Source of the DNA: Chiloscyllium plagiosum
Lineage: Eukaryota
Length of the DNA: 64,000 nucleotides
Assembly: GCF_004010195.1 (NCBI RefSeq)
Contig: NC_057752.1
Coordinates: 13,630,104 to 13,694,103 of the forward strand
Reading direction: 5' to 3'
Below the pieces are notes generated by a model. It saw only the letters and a list, made by a program, of their open reading frames with translations, did not search any database and had not been told where the DNA came from. The position numbers and the translations under genes were made by a program. Below are positions 38,546 to 51,274 of this stretch, piece after piece (within the stretch, counting starts at the first letter, position 1; each line of letters opens with the position of its first letter).

Positions 38546-38851
38546 ATGAACCGTGATCCCTACTTTGGAAATAAAACCATTCTGACTCAAAGTTGGGATA
38601 CAGACTCTGACCTCACACCTTTTCATGCAGTGTATAAGTTGAGATGTCACTTTTTTTATTAAATGTTGTTATCTTGGGAATGTGACTTGAAAGAAGTTCT
38701 GGGATTTACTTTAATTAATTAATTGAAACCTGCAGCCCATTCTAAGTGATTAAAGACTTAACAGCAATCTAGGTTTGTGCAATACTTTGCATTAGTTGTG
38801 TGTTACTTTGATCTTTTATTATAAATTGTCCTATGATCCTGCCCCACTAGC

Positions 38852-38886
38852 TACCTGATGATGGAGCAGCGTTCCGAAAGCTTGTA
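38852..38886 (+). ncRNA. Minimal hammerhead ribozyme motif
   Basis: tacCTGATGAtggagcagcgttccGAAAGCTTgta; helix I uac/gua, AGCU palindrome. Confidence 0.75.
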
Positions 38887-38952
38887 CTTCTGAATAAACC
38901 TGGTTAAAAATCACACAACACCAGGTTATAGTCCAACAGGTTTATTTGGAAG

Positions 38953-38987
38953 CACTAGCTTTCGGAGCGCTGCTCCTTCATCAGGTG
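38953..38987 (-). ncRNA. Minimal hammerhead ribozyme motif
   Basis: cac-CUGAUGA-aGGAGCagcGCUCC-GAAAGCUA-gug on the minus strand. Confidence 0.75.
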
Positions 38988-39776
38988 GTTGTGGAGTATA
39001 AGATGTAAGACACAGAATTTATTGCAAAAGTTTACAGCGTGATGTAACTGAAATTATATATTGCAAAAGACCTGGATTGTTTGTTAAGTCTCTCAGCTTT
39101 TAGAATGACCATGTTGGTTTCACTTCTTACATCTGAGCAGATCCGGTGTACGCGTAGGGCTTGTCCAGAGCGGACGGCTGTTTTGATATATTTCGAATGG
39201 AAGCTGGAGAAGTGTAGCATTGTGAGGTTATCCATGGGTTTGCGGTAGAGTGTGGTGCTGAGGTGCCAGTCCTTGATGGAGATACATGTGTCCAAGAATG
39301 AGACAGATGGTAGAGAGTAGTCCGTGGTGAGTTTGATGGTGGGATGAAACATGTTGATATCACTGTAGTTGTTTCTCCTCGCCATGCGTCCAGAGGAAGA
39401 AACTGTTGTCAATATGTCCGGTGTATAGTGTTGGTGTATAGTGTTGCGTAGAGAAGAAGTCTTGTTCAAACCTGTGCATGAAAATGGTGGCATATCGTGG
39501 GTACAAATTTCATCCCCATGGCTGTTCCATGTGTCTGGATGAAGAACTGGTTGTCTCCAGCTTCCACTCGAAACATATTAAAACAGCCAACCCCTCTGGA
39601 CAAGCTCTACGTGTACACCGGATCTGCTCAGATGTAAGAAGTGAAACCAACATGGTCATTCTAAAAGCTGAGAGACTTAACAAACAATCCAGGTCTTTTG
39701 CAATATATAATTTCAGTTACATCACGCTGTAAACTTTTGCAATAAATTCTGTGTCTTACATCTTATACTTCACAAC

Positions 39777-39811
39777 CACCTGATGAAGGAGCAGCGCTCC
39801 GAAAGCTAGTG
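39777..39811 (+). ncRNA. Minimal hammerhead ribozyme motif
   Basis: cacCTGATGAaggagcagcgctccGAAAGCTAgtg. Confidence 0.75.
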
Positions 39812-39877
39812 CTTCCAAATAAACCTGTTGGACTATAACCTGGTGTTGTGTGATTTTTAACCAGGTTTATTTAGAAG

Positions 39878-39912
39878 TACAAGCTTTCGGAACGCTGCTC
39901 CATCATCAGGTA
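39878..39912 (-). ncRNA. Minimal hammerhead ribozyme motif
   Basis: Exact reverse complement of 38852-38886. Confidence 0.75.
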
Positions 39913-40409
39913 GCTAGTGGGGCAGGATCATAGGACAATTTATAATAAAAGATCAAAGTAACACACAACTAATGCAAAGTATTGCACAAACCTAGATTGC
40001 TGTTAAGTCTTTAGTCACTTAGAATGAGGATGCAGGTTTCAATTAATTAATATGTAAATCCCAGAACTTCTTTCAAGTCACATTCTTGAGATAACTTAAG
40101 GTTTTATATTAGTGAAAAGGTGACCTCTCAGCTCAGGCGATGCATTCGAGGTGTGTGGTTAGAATCTGTCTCCATCCCAGCAATGAGTCAATTTCCAAAG
40201 TGGGAATTTATAAAATATCACATGGACTGAACTGTCTACAGATTGGGTTGCTTTTCAAACAAAATAGTGTATATTTGCAAATGCAAATTCACCCCATAGA
40301 TTGAAATGTGTCTCTGCGTGTGAGGGAGAGAGAGAGAGACAGAGAGAGAGAGTGTGTGCGAGTGTGACAGAGTGTATGCCTGTGAGAGGGCGTGAGTGTG
40401 TATGTCTGA

Positions 40410-43305
40410 GTCATAGTCATGGAGATGTACAGCAGAGAAACAGACCATTCGGTTCAACTCGTCCATGCCGAACGGATTTCCTAACCAAATCTCGTCCCAC
40501 CTGCCAGCAACCCGGCCCATATCCCTCCAAACCCTTCCTATTCATATACCCATCTGGATGCCTTTTAAATGCTGTAATTGTACCAGCCTCCACCACTTCC
40601 TCTGGCAGCTCATTCTGTACACGCACCACCCTCTGTGTGAAAAAGTTGCCCGTTAGACCCCTTTTATATTTTTCTCCTCTCACCCTAAACCTATGCCCTC
40701 TAGCTCTGGACACCCCCACCCCTTGCCTATTTACCCTATCCATGCCCCTCATAATTTTATAAACCTCTATAAGGTCATCCCTCAGCCTCCGACGCTCTTG
40801 TAAATCTTTTCTGAACCCTTTCAAGTTTCACAACATCCTCCGATAGGAAGGAGACCAGAATTGCACACAATATTCCAACAGTGGCCTAACCAATGTCCTG
40901 TACAGCTGCAACATGACCTCCCAACTCCTGTACTCAATGCTCTGACCAATAAAGGAAAGCATAACAAACACCTCTTCACTATCTTATCTACCTGCGACTC
41001 CACTTTCAAGGAGCTATGAACCTGCGCTACAAGGTCCCTTTGTTCAGCAACACTCCCTCGGACCTTACCATAAAGTATATAAGTCCTGCTAAGATTTGCT
41101 TTTCCAAAATGCAGCACCTCGCATTTATCTAAATTAAACTCCATCTGCCACCCCTCAGCCCATTGGCCCGTCTGATTAAGATCGCATTGTAATCTGAGGT
41201 AACCCTCTTCGCTGTCCACTACACCTCCAATTTTGGTGTCATCTGCAAACTTACTAACTGTGCACCTCTTATGCTCGCATCCAAATCATTTATGTAAATG
41301 ACGAAAATTAGTAAACCCAGCACCGATCCTTGTGGCACTCCACTGGTCACAGGCCTCCAGTCTGAAAAACAACCCTCTACCACCACCCTCTGTCTTCTAC
41401 CTTTGAGCCACTTCTGTATCCAAATGGCTAGTTCTCCCTGTATTCCATGAGATCTAACTTTGCTAATCAGTCTCCCATGAGGAACCTTGTCGAACGCCTT
41501 ACTGAAGTCCATATAGATCACATCGACAGCTCTGCCCTCATCAATCCTCTTTGTTACTTCCTCAAAAAACTCAATCAGTTTTGTGAGCCACGATTTCCCA
41601 CGCACAAAGCCATGTTGACTATCCCAAATCAGTCCTTGCCTTTCCAATAACATGTAAATCCTGTCCCTCAGGATTCCCTCCAACAACTTGCCAACCATGG
41701 ACATCAGGCTCACCGGTCTATAGTTCCCTGGCTTGTCCTTACCAGCCTTCTTAAACAGTGGTACCACGTTAGCCAACCTCCAGTCTTCTGGCACCTCACT
41801 TGTAGTTATCGATGATACATATACCTCAGCAAGAGGCCCAGCGATCACTTCTCTAGCTTCCCACAGAGTTCTAGGGTACTAGATCAGGTCCTGGGGATTT
41901 ATCCACTTTTGTGCATCTCAAGACATCCAGCACTTCCTCCTCTGTAATCTGGACATTTTTCAAGATGTCACCATCTATTTCCCCACATTCTGTGTCTTCC
42001 TTGTCCTTCTCCACAGTAAACACTGATGCAAAATATTTATTTAGTATCTCTCCCATCTCCTGTGGCTCCACACAAAAGCCACCTTGCTGATCTTTGAGGA
42101 GCCCTGTTCCCTCCCTAGTTACCCTTTTATCTTAATGTATTTGTAAAATCCCTTTGGATTCTTCTTAACTCTATTTGCCAAAACTATCTCATGTCCCCTT
42201 TTTGCCCTCCTGATTTCCCTCTTAAGTATACTCCTACTGCCTTTATACTCGTCTAAGGATTCACTCGATCTCTCATGTCTATACCTGACANNNNNNNNNN
42301 NNNNNNNNNNNNNNNNNNNNNNNNNNNNNNNNNNNNNNNNNNNNNNNNNNNNNNNNNNNNNNNNNNNNNNNNNNNNNNNNNNNNNNNNNNNNNNNNNNNN
42401 NNNNNNNNNNNNNNNNNNNNNNNNNNNNNNNNNNNNNNNNNNNNNNNNNNNNNNNNNNNNNNNNNNNNNNNNNNNNNNNNNNNNNNNNNNNNNNNNNNNN
42501 NNNNNNNNNNNNNNNNNNNNNNNNNNNNNNNNNNNNNNNNNNNNNNNNNNNNNNNNNNNNNNNNNNNNNNNNNNNNNNNNNNNNNNNNNNNNNNNNNNNN
42601 NNNNNNNNNNNNNNNNNNNNNNNNNNNNNNNNNNNNNNNNNNNNNNNNNNNNNNNNNNNNNNNNNNNNNNNNNNNNNNNNNNNNNNNNNNNNNNNNNNNN
42701 NNNNNNNNNNNNNNNNNNNNNNNNNNNNNNNNGCCACTCCCCCTCCTCTCTTGCCTCCCTTTCTATCCTTCCTGTAGGATTTGTATCCTGGAACATTAAG
42801 CTGCCAGTCCTGCCTATCCCTGAGCCATGTTTCTGTAATTGCTGTGATATCCCAGTCCCATGTTCCTAACCATGTCCTTAGTTCATCTGCCTTCCCTGTT
42901 AGGCCCCTGCATTGAAATAAATGCAGTTTAATTTATCAGTCCTACCTTGTTCTCTGCTTTGTTCCTTCCTGCCCTGACAGTTTGACTCACTCCCTTTCCC
43001 AACTGTACCAGTCTCAGATTGATCTCTTTCCTCACTATCTCCCTGGGTCCTACCATAACCCCCCCCTACCTGACTGGTTTAAATCATCCTGTTAGTTCCC
43101 TTCCAAATCATATGCAATCTATCCTGCTTGCTCAGGCCACCTCTATCCTGGAAGAGATTCCAATGATTTAAAAATGTGAATCCTTCTCCCCTGCACCAGC
43201 TCCTCAGCCACTCATTCATCTGCTCTATCCTCCTATTCCTACCCTCACTAGCTCGTAGCACTGGGAGTAATTCAGATATTACAGGCCTCGAGGACCTCCT
43301 TTTTA
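40410..43305 (-). mobile_element. CR1/HER1-like LINE, long copy: ORF1 (SGNH esterase-like) end, ORF2 APE start, RT, 3' tail; frameshifted, spans a gap
   Basis: ISELLPVLRAS...MNEWLRSWCRGEGFTFL (ORF1); ITAITETWL (APE); [31 protein letters not shown] (RT); ATCTCCATGACTATGA tail. Confidence 0.92.
42291..42732. other. Assembly gap inside the CR1 ORF2
   Basis: N-run. Confidence 1.
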
Positions 43306-44259
43306 TGTGCAATACTTTGCATTAGTTGTACGACACTAAGATCTTTTACTATAAATTCTGTGTCCTATGATCCTGCCCCACTAGCTACCTGGCAAAGGAT
43401 TATAACCTGGTGTTGTATGATTTTTAACTTTGTCCACCCCAGCCCAACACCAGCATGTCCACATCATGGCTACCAAGACTTAAGGTTAAATATTCTGCAG
43501 AGTTTTGCATGTCTAGAGGGGGAGATCATGTTGCATGTTAGTTTTTGCATTCCTGAGTAGTTGGGTGTTTTTGGACAATAAAAACGTTTTTGTTAATAAT
43601 TTCTGTGCCCTTGCTGACTTGAGTTTAGTGGTAAAACTAAGCCTTTACTTATTAACTGAAAAACCGGCTTGCTTATTTCTTATAGCAGGTTACACACAGT
43701 GAAGTACTTATCACTTAAATTGGCAATGTCATCTTTTTTTTACAAATTCAAACTCTGTTGTCACCAACAGACGAGTGGAGTTGGTCCACTCATCTTGACT
43801 TGGTTAGCTGAAAGAAATTTTCGAGGGGAACATCCAGATGTAATCAGAAACAAAACTACTAAAAGAACCTTATTACAGACATTCTGGAACTGCAGAAAGA
43901 CAGCAAGTAAGAAAGGCTTACAAGGAGAGCCAGAGAGGCATAGAGGTTTGCAGCATGGAAATGGGCCCTTCAGCCCAACTTGTCCATGCTGCCCCGTTTT
44001 CATAATTAGTCGAGGCCCATTTGCTCCCATTTGGTCCCTATCCCTCCACACCTATCCCATCCATGTACCTGTCCAAATGTTTCTTAAATCGAAAAAATCG
44101 TACTCGCCTCCACCACTTCCTCTGTCAGCCTGTTCCAGACACGCACCGCCCTCTGTGTGAAAAATAAAATGGCCCCTCAGGATTCTCTTTGGTATCTCTC
44201 CCCTCTCACCTTAAACCTATGCCCTCTAGTTTTAGACTCCCCTATCCTGGGGAAAAGCT

Positions 44260-45210
44260 ACGCAAACAGACGTTGCTGGAAAAGCTCAGCTGGTCTGGCA
44301 GCACCTGAGAAGAAAAATCAGAGTGACCCTTCCTCAGAGCTGATGGTAGCTAGGAAAAGGTAGCTGAAGGTAGTCGGTTTGTACGCTGCAGATAGGTTGG
44401 TTGAGGGGATAAGGAGTAAATGATAGGCAGGGATACAACCCAAAGAGAGAGGACAACATGACCCTCTCTCACTAATATCCTTACATACGGATGAGGAAGG
44501 ACACCACTTCGGCTGGGACAACACATCCATCCTAGGACAAGCCAAACAGCGACAGGCACCAGAATTCCTAGAAGCATGACATTCCAGCCGGAACTCTATC
44601 AACAAACACATTGACTTGGATCCCATCTACCACCCCTTGAGAAAAAGAACCGGAAATGACATGACCATAGGAAATGTCATCACCACAGGAAATTGCACCA
44701 CCAACCCAAAGAAACCCAAACATATAAATAGAAAGCAGGAAACATGCTTTGTCCGGAGGCTCACTAAAGATGTTACCTAGTCTGGTGACGAAACGTCTGA
44801 AAATGAATCTTCCAGCTCAGCGAGCAAACCTACCTCCAGAGAGAACAGCAGTTGCACAGACGAAGGAGTGGATAATGATCTGGCTGGGAGGGTGAATAGC
44901 TGTTGATGGAGACTGTTAGTGGTTAACAATAGGTATTGTGTAATGGTAGACCATGTGATCACAAGCATTGGCATGTAGGGTAAGGGGCTAGGACAGGGGA
45001 GAGTTCAGACCCTCAAATTATTGATCTCAATATTGAGTCCAGAGGGCTGCAGGGTCCCCGAGTGGAAAATGAGGTGCCGTTCTTCCAGCTTGTGCTGAGC
45101 TTCACTGGAGCACTGCAGCAAGCCTGAGACAGAGCTGTTGGCCAGAGAACAGGGTGGGGTGTTAAAGTGGCAGGCAACTGGAAGCTCAGGGATCTTGTAT
45201 GCAGGCAGAA
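44260..45210 (-). mobile_element. PLE 3' fragment with a second PLE family (+, ~44455-44838) nested inside
   Basis: HFNTPPCS...EERHLIFHSGTLQPSGLNIE (GIY-YIG C-terminus) on minus. Inner copy reads HDPLSLISLHTDEEGHHFGWDNTSILGQAKQRQAPEFLEA, same family as 10410-11010. Confidence 0.8.
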
Positions 45211-45257
45211 CATAAATGTACATTGGGGAACCGAGCGGAGACTGGGTGACCACTCCG

Positions 45258-45811
45258 TAGTCATGTTGCAGCTGTACAGGACATTGGTGAGGCCATGTTT
45301 GGAATACTGCATGCAATTCTAGTCTCCCTGATACAGGAAAGATGTTGTTAGACTTGAAAGGGTGCAGAAAAGATTTACAAGGATGTTGCCAGGGATGGAG
45401 GGCTTGAGCTATGGGAGGAGGCTGAACAGGCTGGGGCTGTTTTCCCTGGAGCATCAGAGGCTGAGGGGTGACCTTATAGAGGTTTATAAAATCATGAGGG
45501 GCATGGATAGGGTGAATAGACAAAGTCTTTTTCCCCAGGGTAGGGGAGTCCAAAATTAGAGGGCAAATATTTAAGGTGAGAGGGGAAAGATTTAAAAAGG
45601 ACTTAAGGGGCAACGTTTTCACACAGAGGGTGGTGCGTGTGTGGAATGAGCTGCCAGAGGAAGTGGTGGAGGCTGGTACGGTTACAACATTTAAAAAAAA
45701 ACATCTGGATGGATATATGAATAGGAGGGGTTTAGAGGGATATGTACCAAATTTGATCAGCATAGACCAGTTGGACTGAAGGGTTTCCGCACTGTACATC
45801 TCTATGACTCC
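45258..45811 (+). mobile_element. CR1/HER1-like LINE 3' fragment
   Basis: QKRFTRMLPG...RLRGDLIEVYKIMRG; TCTATGACTC tail. Confidence 0.85.
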
Positions 45812-46512
45812 ATGTGCAGGTTGGGTAGATTGGCCATGCTAAATTGCCCTGTAGTGTTCAGGGATGTGCAGGTTAGAACATAGAACATCGAACAATACAG
45901 CGCAGGACAGGCCCTTCGGCCCTCAATGTTGTGCCGACCTGTGAACTATTCTCAGCTCGTCCCCCTACACTATCCCATCATCATCCATGTGCTTATCCAA
46001 GGCTTGTTTAAATCTCCCTAATGTGGCTGAGTTGAATTGGCCAACCAAGTAGGTTAGTTGGATTGGCCATTGCTTACAGGTTAGGGTGGATTGGCCGTGC
46101 TAAACTGCCTCGTAGTGTTCAGGGATGTACAGGTTAAATGGATTGACCATATTCAATTTCCCCATAGTGTACAGGTTAGGGTGGATTGGCCATGCTAAAT
46201 TGCCTTATAGTGTCCAGGGATGTACAGGTTAGGGTGGATTGGCCATGCTATATTGTCCCATAGTGTCCAGGTATGTACAGGTTAGGGGGGATTGGCCATG
46301 CTAAATTGCCCCATTGTGTACAGGTTAGGCTGGATTGGTCATGCTAAGTTGTGTCATAGTGTCCAGGGATGTGCAGGCTAGGTGGGTTAGCCATGGTCAA
46401 TGTGGGGTTATAGGGATAGGGTAGGAGAGCTGGGTCTGGGGGGATGCTGTTCAGAGGGACAGTGCAGACCCAATGTGCCGAAGGGCTTCTATCTGCGCTG
46501 TCGGGATTCTAT
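45812..46512 (+). repeat. SINE-derived 53-bp array (diverged), interrupted by a CR1 tail (~45876-46035), followed by the SINE tail
   Basis: Repeated GGTTAGGGTGGATTGGCCATGCTAAATTG units. Confidence 0.8.
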
Positions 46513-47741
46513 GAAAAAAAACAGCAGAAGTTGCCTCTGACTGTTCAGCTCTGTACAATATCCTATTTCAACAAGTGGTCCAAACAAAAGTATCACAGCT
46601 GTTCTTATCTTTCCAAAATCCTAGCGTATAAAAACGAAAGGGTTGCATTGCAAGAAATATGGAGGACACAGTGCCCCATTGAATTGAATGTCCAAGATGG
46701 CTGCTCAGCACTTCCTTCTCAAGGCTGGTCCAGTTAGTGAAGGCCACATCCCGCTGAATAAATAACAGGAAGTGCTGAATGCATGCAAACTTGCCAAACT
46801 TTATCAGGCACTGCAGGAATCAAACTGAGAAGCAAACAAAGACGCAAGTGAACTGGAACTCTTCTCTGTACTGAAGAAGGACTTTAAAGTTAATTAATCT
46901 CCACTTCTAAATCAAATTAGCAGGAAAGAAATCCAGCAATACTTCAAATGTGGTAATCTACAGTTTTAATCTATCACTCTTCATTGATCACAGAATTATT
47001 CATAAATTGTAACAGAAGCAGATGTTACTGAAACCCAGGGGTATTCTCATGGGAAGAATGACACACTGTCATCTGAGTGTGGGTTTAATGTGTACTGCAT
47101 AGATTGGAGCGCTGTATTTTTCGCTGCCTTGTTAAATTCTGATTGTGTTCCCCTATCCTGATAAACAATAAAGATCCCATGGCTCGGTTCACCAAGGGAC
47201 AGTGGTCGTCTGGCCAATATTCCCTTCAAAATCTCCTCCAACTACTCGCCTCACTCATGACTGATAAGTAACTAAGATTTGCCAGCCTTTCATTGTGTAA
47301 CCATGCAAGTAATTTTACATAAAGATGCAGCCAATAGAGGGTCACTGTAATTAATGCTCCCCTGGTCTCCGCTTCACTCAACTGTTCTGTAACAATAATG
47401 CAAGGTCTTATTTATGCTTTAAATATTCATGATTGTATCATGATTAATAATTAAAGCTCCCATATTCCCTTGCAGAGATATCTGCTTATTGGTTTCACAA
47501 ATGTTGAATGGGGACATGTTTCTGCTTCTCTCTGTCTCTCCCCCATGCAGTGAAGTTGAATAACTTGGACAAAGAGCAAACAAGTTGTTTTTTTTCCCCC
47601 AAATCAATCTACTCAGGGTTGTTCCTGCACCCTTCTGGAGGAGGTGGGACTTGACTATCTCTTAATCAATAGGGACACTACCACTGCGCGACATGAGCCC
47701 CAGCAAACAAGTGCTTGGGGCCAACTTTCACCTCCTGCTAA

Positions 47742-49110
47742 CGGGCAGCATGGTGCTCAGCGGTTAGTACTGCAGTCCCACTGGGCCAGGGACCCAGGGT
47801 TTGATTCCACCCTTGGGCAACTGTCTAAATGGAGTTTGCACATTCTTCCCCGGGTCTACATGGGTTTCCTCCCACAGTCCAAAGATGTGCAGGTTAAGGT
47901 GAATTGGCCATGCTAAATTGTCCCATAGTGCCCAGGGGTGTGCAGGTTAAGGTGAACTGGCCATGTTAAATTGTCCCATAGTGCCCAGGGATGTGCAGGT
48001 TAGGGTGGATTGGCCAAGCTAATTTGTCCCATAGTGTCCAGGGATGTGCAGGTTAGGGTGGATTGGCCAAGCTAATTTGTCCCACAGTGTCCAGGGATGT
48101 GCAGGTTAGGGTGGATTGGCCGTGTTAAATTGTCCCATAGTGCCCAGGGATGTGTAGTTTAGGTTGGATTGGCCATGCTAAATTGTCCCATAGTTCCCAG
48201 GGATGTGCAGGTTAGGGTGGATTGGCCATGCTAAATTGTCCCATAGTGCCCAGGGATGTGTAGGTTAGGGTGGATTGACAATGTTAAATTGTCCCATAGT
48301 GCCCAGTGATGTGCAGGTTAGGGTGGATTGGCCGTGTTAAATTGCCCCATAGTGTTCAGGGATGTGTTGGTTAGGGTGGATTGGCCATGCTAAATTGTCC
48401 CATAGTGCCCAGGGATGTGCAGGTTAGGGTGGATTGGCCATGTTAAATTTTCTCATAGTGCCCAGGGATGTGTAGGTTAGGGTGGATTGGCCTTGCTAAA
48501 TTGTTCTATAGTGTCCAGGGATGTGTAGGTTAGGGTGGATTGGCCATGCTAAATTGTCCCATAGTGCCCAGGGATGTGCAGGTTAGGGTGGATTGGCCAT
48601 GCTAAATTGTCCCATAGTGCCCAGGGATGTGCAGGTTAGGGTGGATTGGCCATGTTAATTAGGTTGGATTGGCCATGCTAAATTGTCCCATAGTGCTCAG
48701 GGATGTGTAGGTTAGGGTGGATTGGCCGTGCTATATTGTCCCATAGTGCCCAGGGATGTGCAGATTATGGTGGATTGGCCATGCTAAATTGTTCCATAGT
48801 GTCTAGGGATGTGCAGGTTAGGGTGGATTGGCCATGCTAAGTTGTCCCATAGTGCCCAGGTGCTGCAGGTTATGGTGGATTGGCCATGCTAAATTGTTCC
48901 ATAGTGTCTAGGGATGTGCAGGTTAGGGTGGATTGGCCATGCTAAATTGTCCCATAGTGCCCAGGGATGTGCAGGTTAGGGTGGATTGGCCATGCTAAAT
49001 TGTCTCATAGTGTTAGGTGTGTTAGTCACGGATAAATATAGGGGAGGGGAATGGGTCTGGGCGGGCTACAATTTGGAGGGCTTGTTTCCACACTGTAGGG
49101 AATATCATCT
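47742..49110 (+). mobile_element. HE1-like SINE with internal tandem expansion
   Basis: SINE head 47742-47883 and tail ~49010-49110 flank the array. Confidence 0.85.
47884..49010 (+). repeat. 53-bp minisatellite, ~21 copies (GATGTGCAGGTTAGGGTGGATTGGCCATGCTAAATTGTCCCATAGTGCCCAGG)
   Basis: Direct tandem periodicity read from the sequence. Confidence 0.95.
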
Positions 49111-50619
49111 AATGGTGCAAGATAGGCCTCAGAAATGGGGCCAGGACCCATGGCTGTTCCACAAACCCCCTGCGAGATAGCTAGGTTGATTTGGATTGGG
49201 CGTAACAGCTCGAACAGTGCCTACGATGGGAGTAAGAACTGGAACAGTATGAGGAACAGGAATCTGAAACAAAAGAATACAGAAAAAAATCCAGAATTGG
49301 AAGTAGATAAGGAAAGATTTAGAGGCAAATGGATCTAGTTCAGTGGTCGGCATGGACAATGTGGGCCGAAAGGCCTGTTTCTGTGCTGTGTGACTCTAAA
49401 TAGAAAAGTTGCCAATCTTCCAGGATTAGGCCTGGCGTGTCCTTGAAGTGATGATTAACCCTGAGGCTGTTGCCAGTTTGAAGAAATAAAGTCAAAGGGA
49501 CATCAAAAGCAAATGTTTTTTTTTTGGTCATTTTCTTTGATCAGATGGAAAAATATTGAAAGTGGAGAAAATAAATGGGTGTTTGACAGCCAAGCACCAT
49601 CCAGTTGGTAATGTGTCTTTCTGCCTTCCAACTGACATCACAAGGTACAACATGTTGGCCAAGTCATGGCTGCAGCACAGGGCATGAAATGTGATGCAAG
49701 CTCCAGAAATGTATTTCCGGCAACTCTGACTCGGCAAGTCCGGCAGCGTTTGTGGAGAAAGGCCAATGGCCTTTCATCAGAACAGGACCCAGTAGGTACA
49801 AGGAGCACAGGAACAAGAGGGAGAATTGGAACAACAGCAAATAAAGTCATCATCGCTCTGTGTGGGAGCAAATGACTGCAGATGCTAGAATCTGTACTGA
49901 AAAACAGCAAATGCTGGAGATCACAGTGAGTCAGAGCATCTATGGAGAGACAGCAAGCTAATGTTTCGAGTCTGATTTCATCTCGACTCGAAACGTTAGT
50001 TTGCTCTCTCTCCATGAGTGCTGTCTGACCCGATGCATTTATTGTTCTCAGTCGTCATAGCCCGACTCTCTCATTTGAGAGGCAACCACTGGCGGTTTAA
50101 CCTGAGGGTGACCACGTCTCAGGCAAGGGGTGAGGTCAAGAAGGACAGACCTGCACGGCAACCTCACATGCTGTGGGTACTGAACCCATGCTGTTGGGAC
50201 CACTCTGACAAATGAGCTCACCCACCCCTCTACAACAAGAGGATTACAAACAAGGGCACAGAATTAGAGAATCATAGAATTGTATAGCATTGAAGGTATA
50301 GCATTCAGTCCATTGAGTCTTTCAAAGAGCGAGCTCATCCAATCATGGAATCATGCAGTCGAGAAGAGGCCATTCAGCCCATCAAAGTCTGTCGCACCAA
50401 AACTATGTCACTGATGAGCTACCACTCATTCAGCTCACTCTCATGTTTGATTCAATTCCGTTCTCTAACCTACTAGGGTTATGTCATGTTGTCACTGTGT
50501 TCGCTTAATAATTATCTTACATCTGTGCCCTTTCATTGATTCTTGATCCAAATTGGATTCAGTTTTTCTTCATTCACTTTATCTAAACCCTTCTAAGAAT
50601 TAGGCCTGGAATTAAACGA

Positions 50620-51265
50620 CAAAATGACATGGTAGATAGGACAGTGAGGAACACATTTGATACAGTTGTCTTTGTTGGTCAGTGCATTGAGTATAGGAGG
50701 ACATGTTGCAGCTCTGCAGGACATTGGTTAGGCCTCTTTTGGAATCCTGCGTTCACTTCTGGTCTCCCGGCTATAGGAAAGATGTTGTGAAACTTGAAAG
50801 GGTGCAGAATAGGATGTTGCCAGGGTTGGAAGGTTTGAGGCTGAACAGGCTGGGGCTGTTTTCCCTGGAGTGTCAGAGGCTGAGGGGTGACCTTACAGAG
50901 GTTTATAAAATCATGAGGGACAGGGATGGGGTGAAGAGCCAAGGTCTTTTTTCCCCGGGAGGGGGGAGTCCCAAACTAGAGGGCATAGGTTTAAGGTGAG
51001 AGGGGAAAGATTTAAAAGGGACCTAAGGGGCAGCTTTGTCACACAGAGGGTGGTGCGTGTATGGAATGAGCTGCCAGAGGAAGTGGTGGAGGCTGGTACA
51101 ATGAACATTTAAAAAGCATCCAGATGGGTATATGAATAGGAAGGGTTTAGAGGGATATGGGCCAAGTGCTGCAAAATGGGACAAGATTAATTTTGGATAT
51201 CTGGTCGACATGGACGAGTTGGACCGAAGGGTCTGTTTCCATGCTGTACATCTCAATGACTCTAT
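50620..51265 (+). mobile_element. CR1/HER1-like LINE 3' fragment
   Basis: LVRPLLESCVHFWSP...RLRGDLTEVYKIM. Confidence 0.85.
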
Positions 51266-51274
51266 ATTATTTGG

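Larger units (their letters stand above)
38570..40200. mobile_element. Large PLE fold-back: inverted arms ~38570-39210 / ~39554-40200 flanking a decayed PLE RT fragment (minus strand)
   Basis: Arms are reverse complements. Spacer reads QTHGTAMG..., HIDNSFFLWTHGEE, FHPTIKLT...VSFLDTCISI...TTLYRKP with frameshifts. Confidence 0.88.

Noticed and set aside
47884..49010. CRISPR-like regular array
   Set aside because: Units are contiguous tandem copies with no unique spacers, derive from a SINE, and the context is a vertebrate genome.
49544..49612. Possible plus-strand exon (pyrimidine tract + CAG ... GTAATG; DGKILKVEKINGCLTAKHHPV)
   Set aside because: No recognisable homology and no partner exons; such signals arise by chance.
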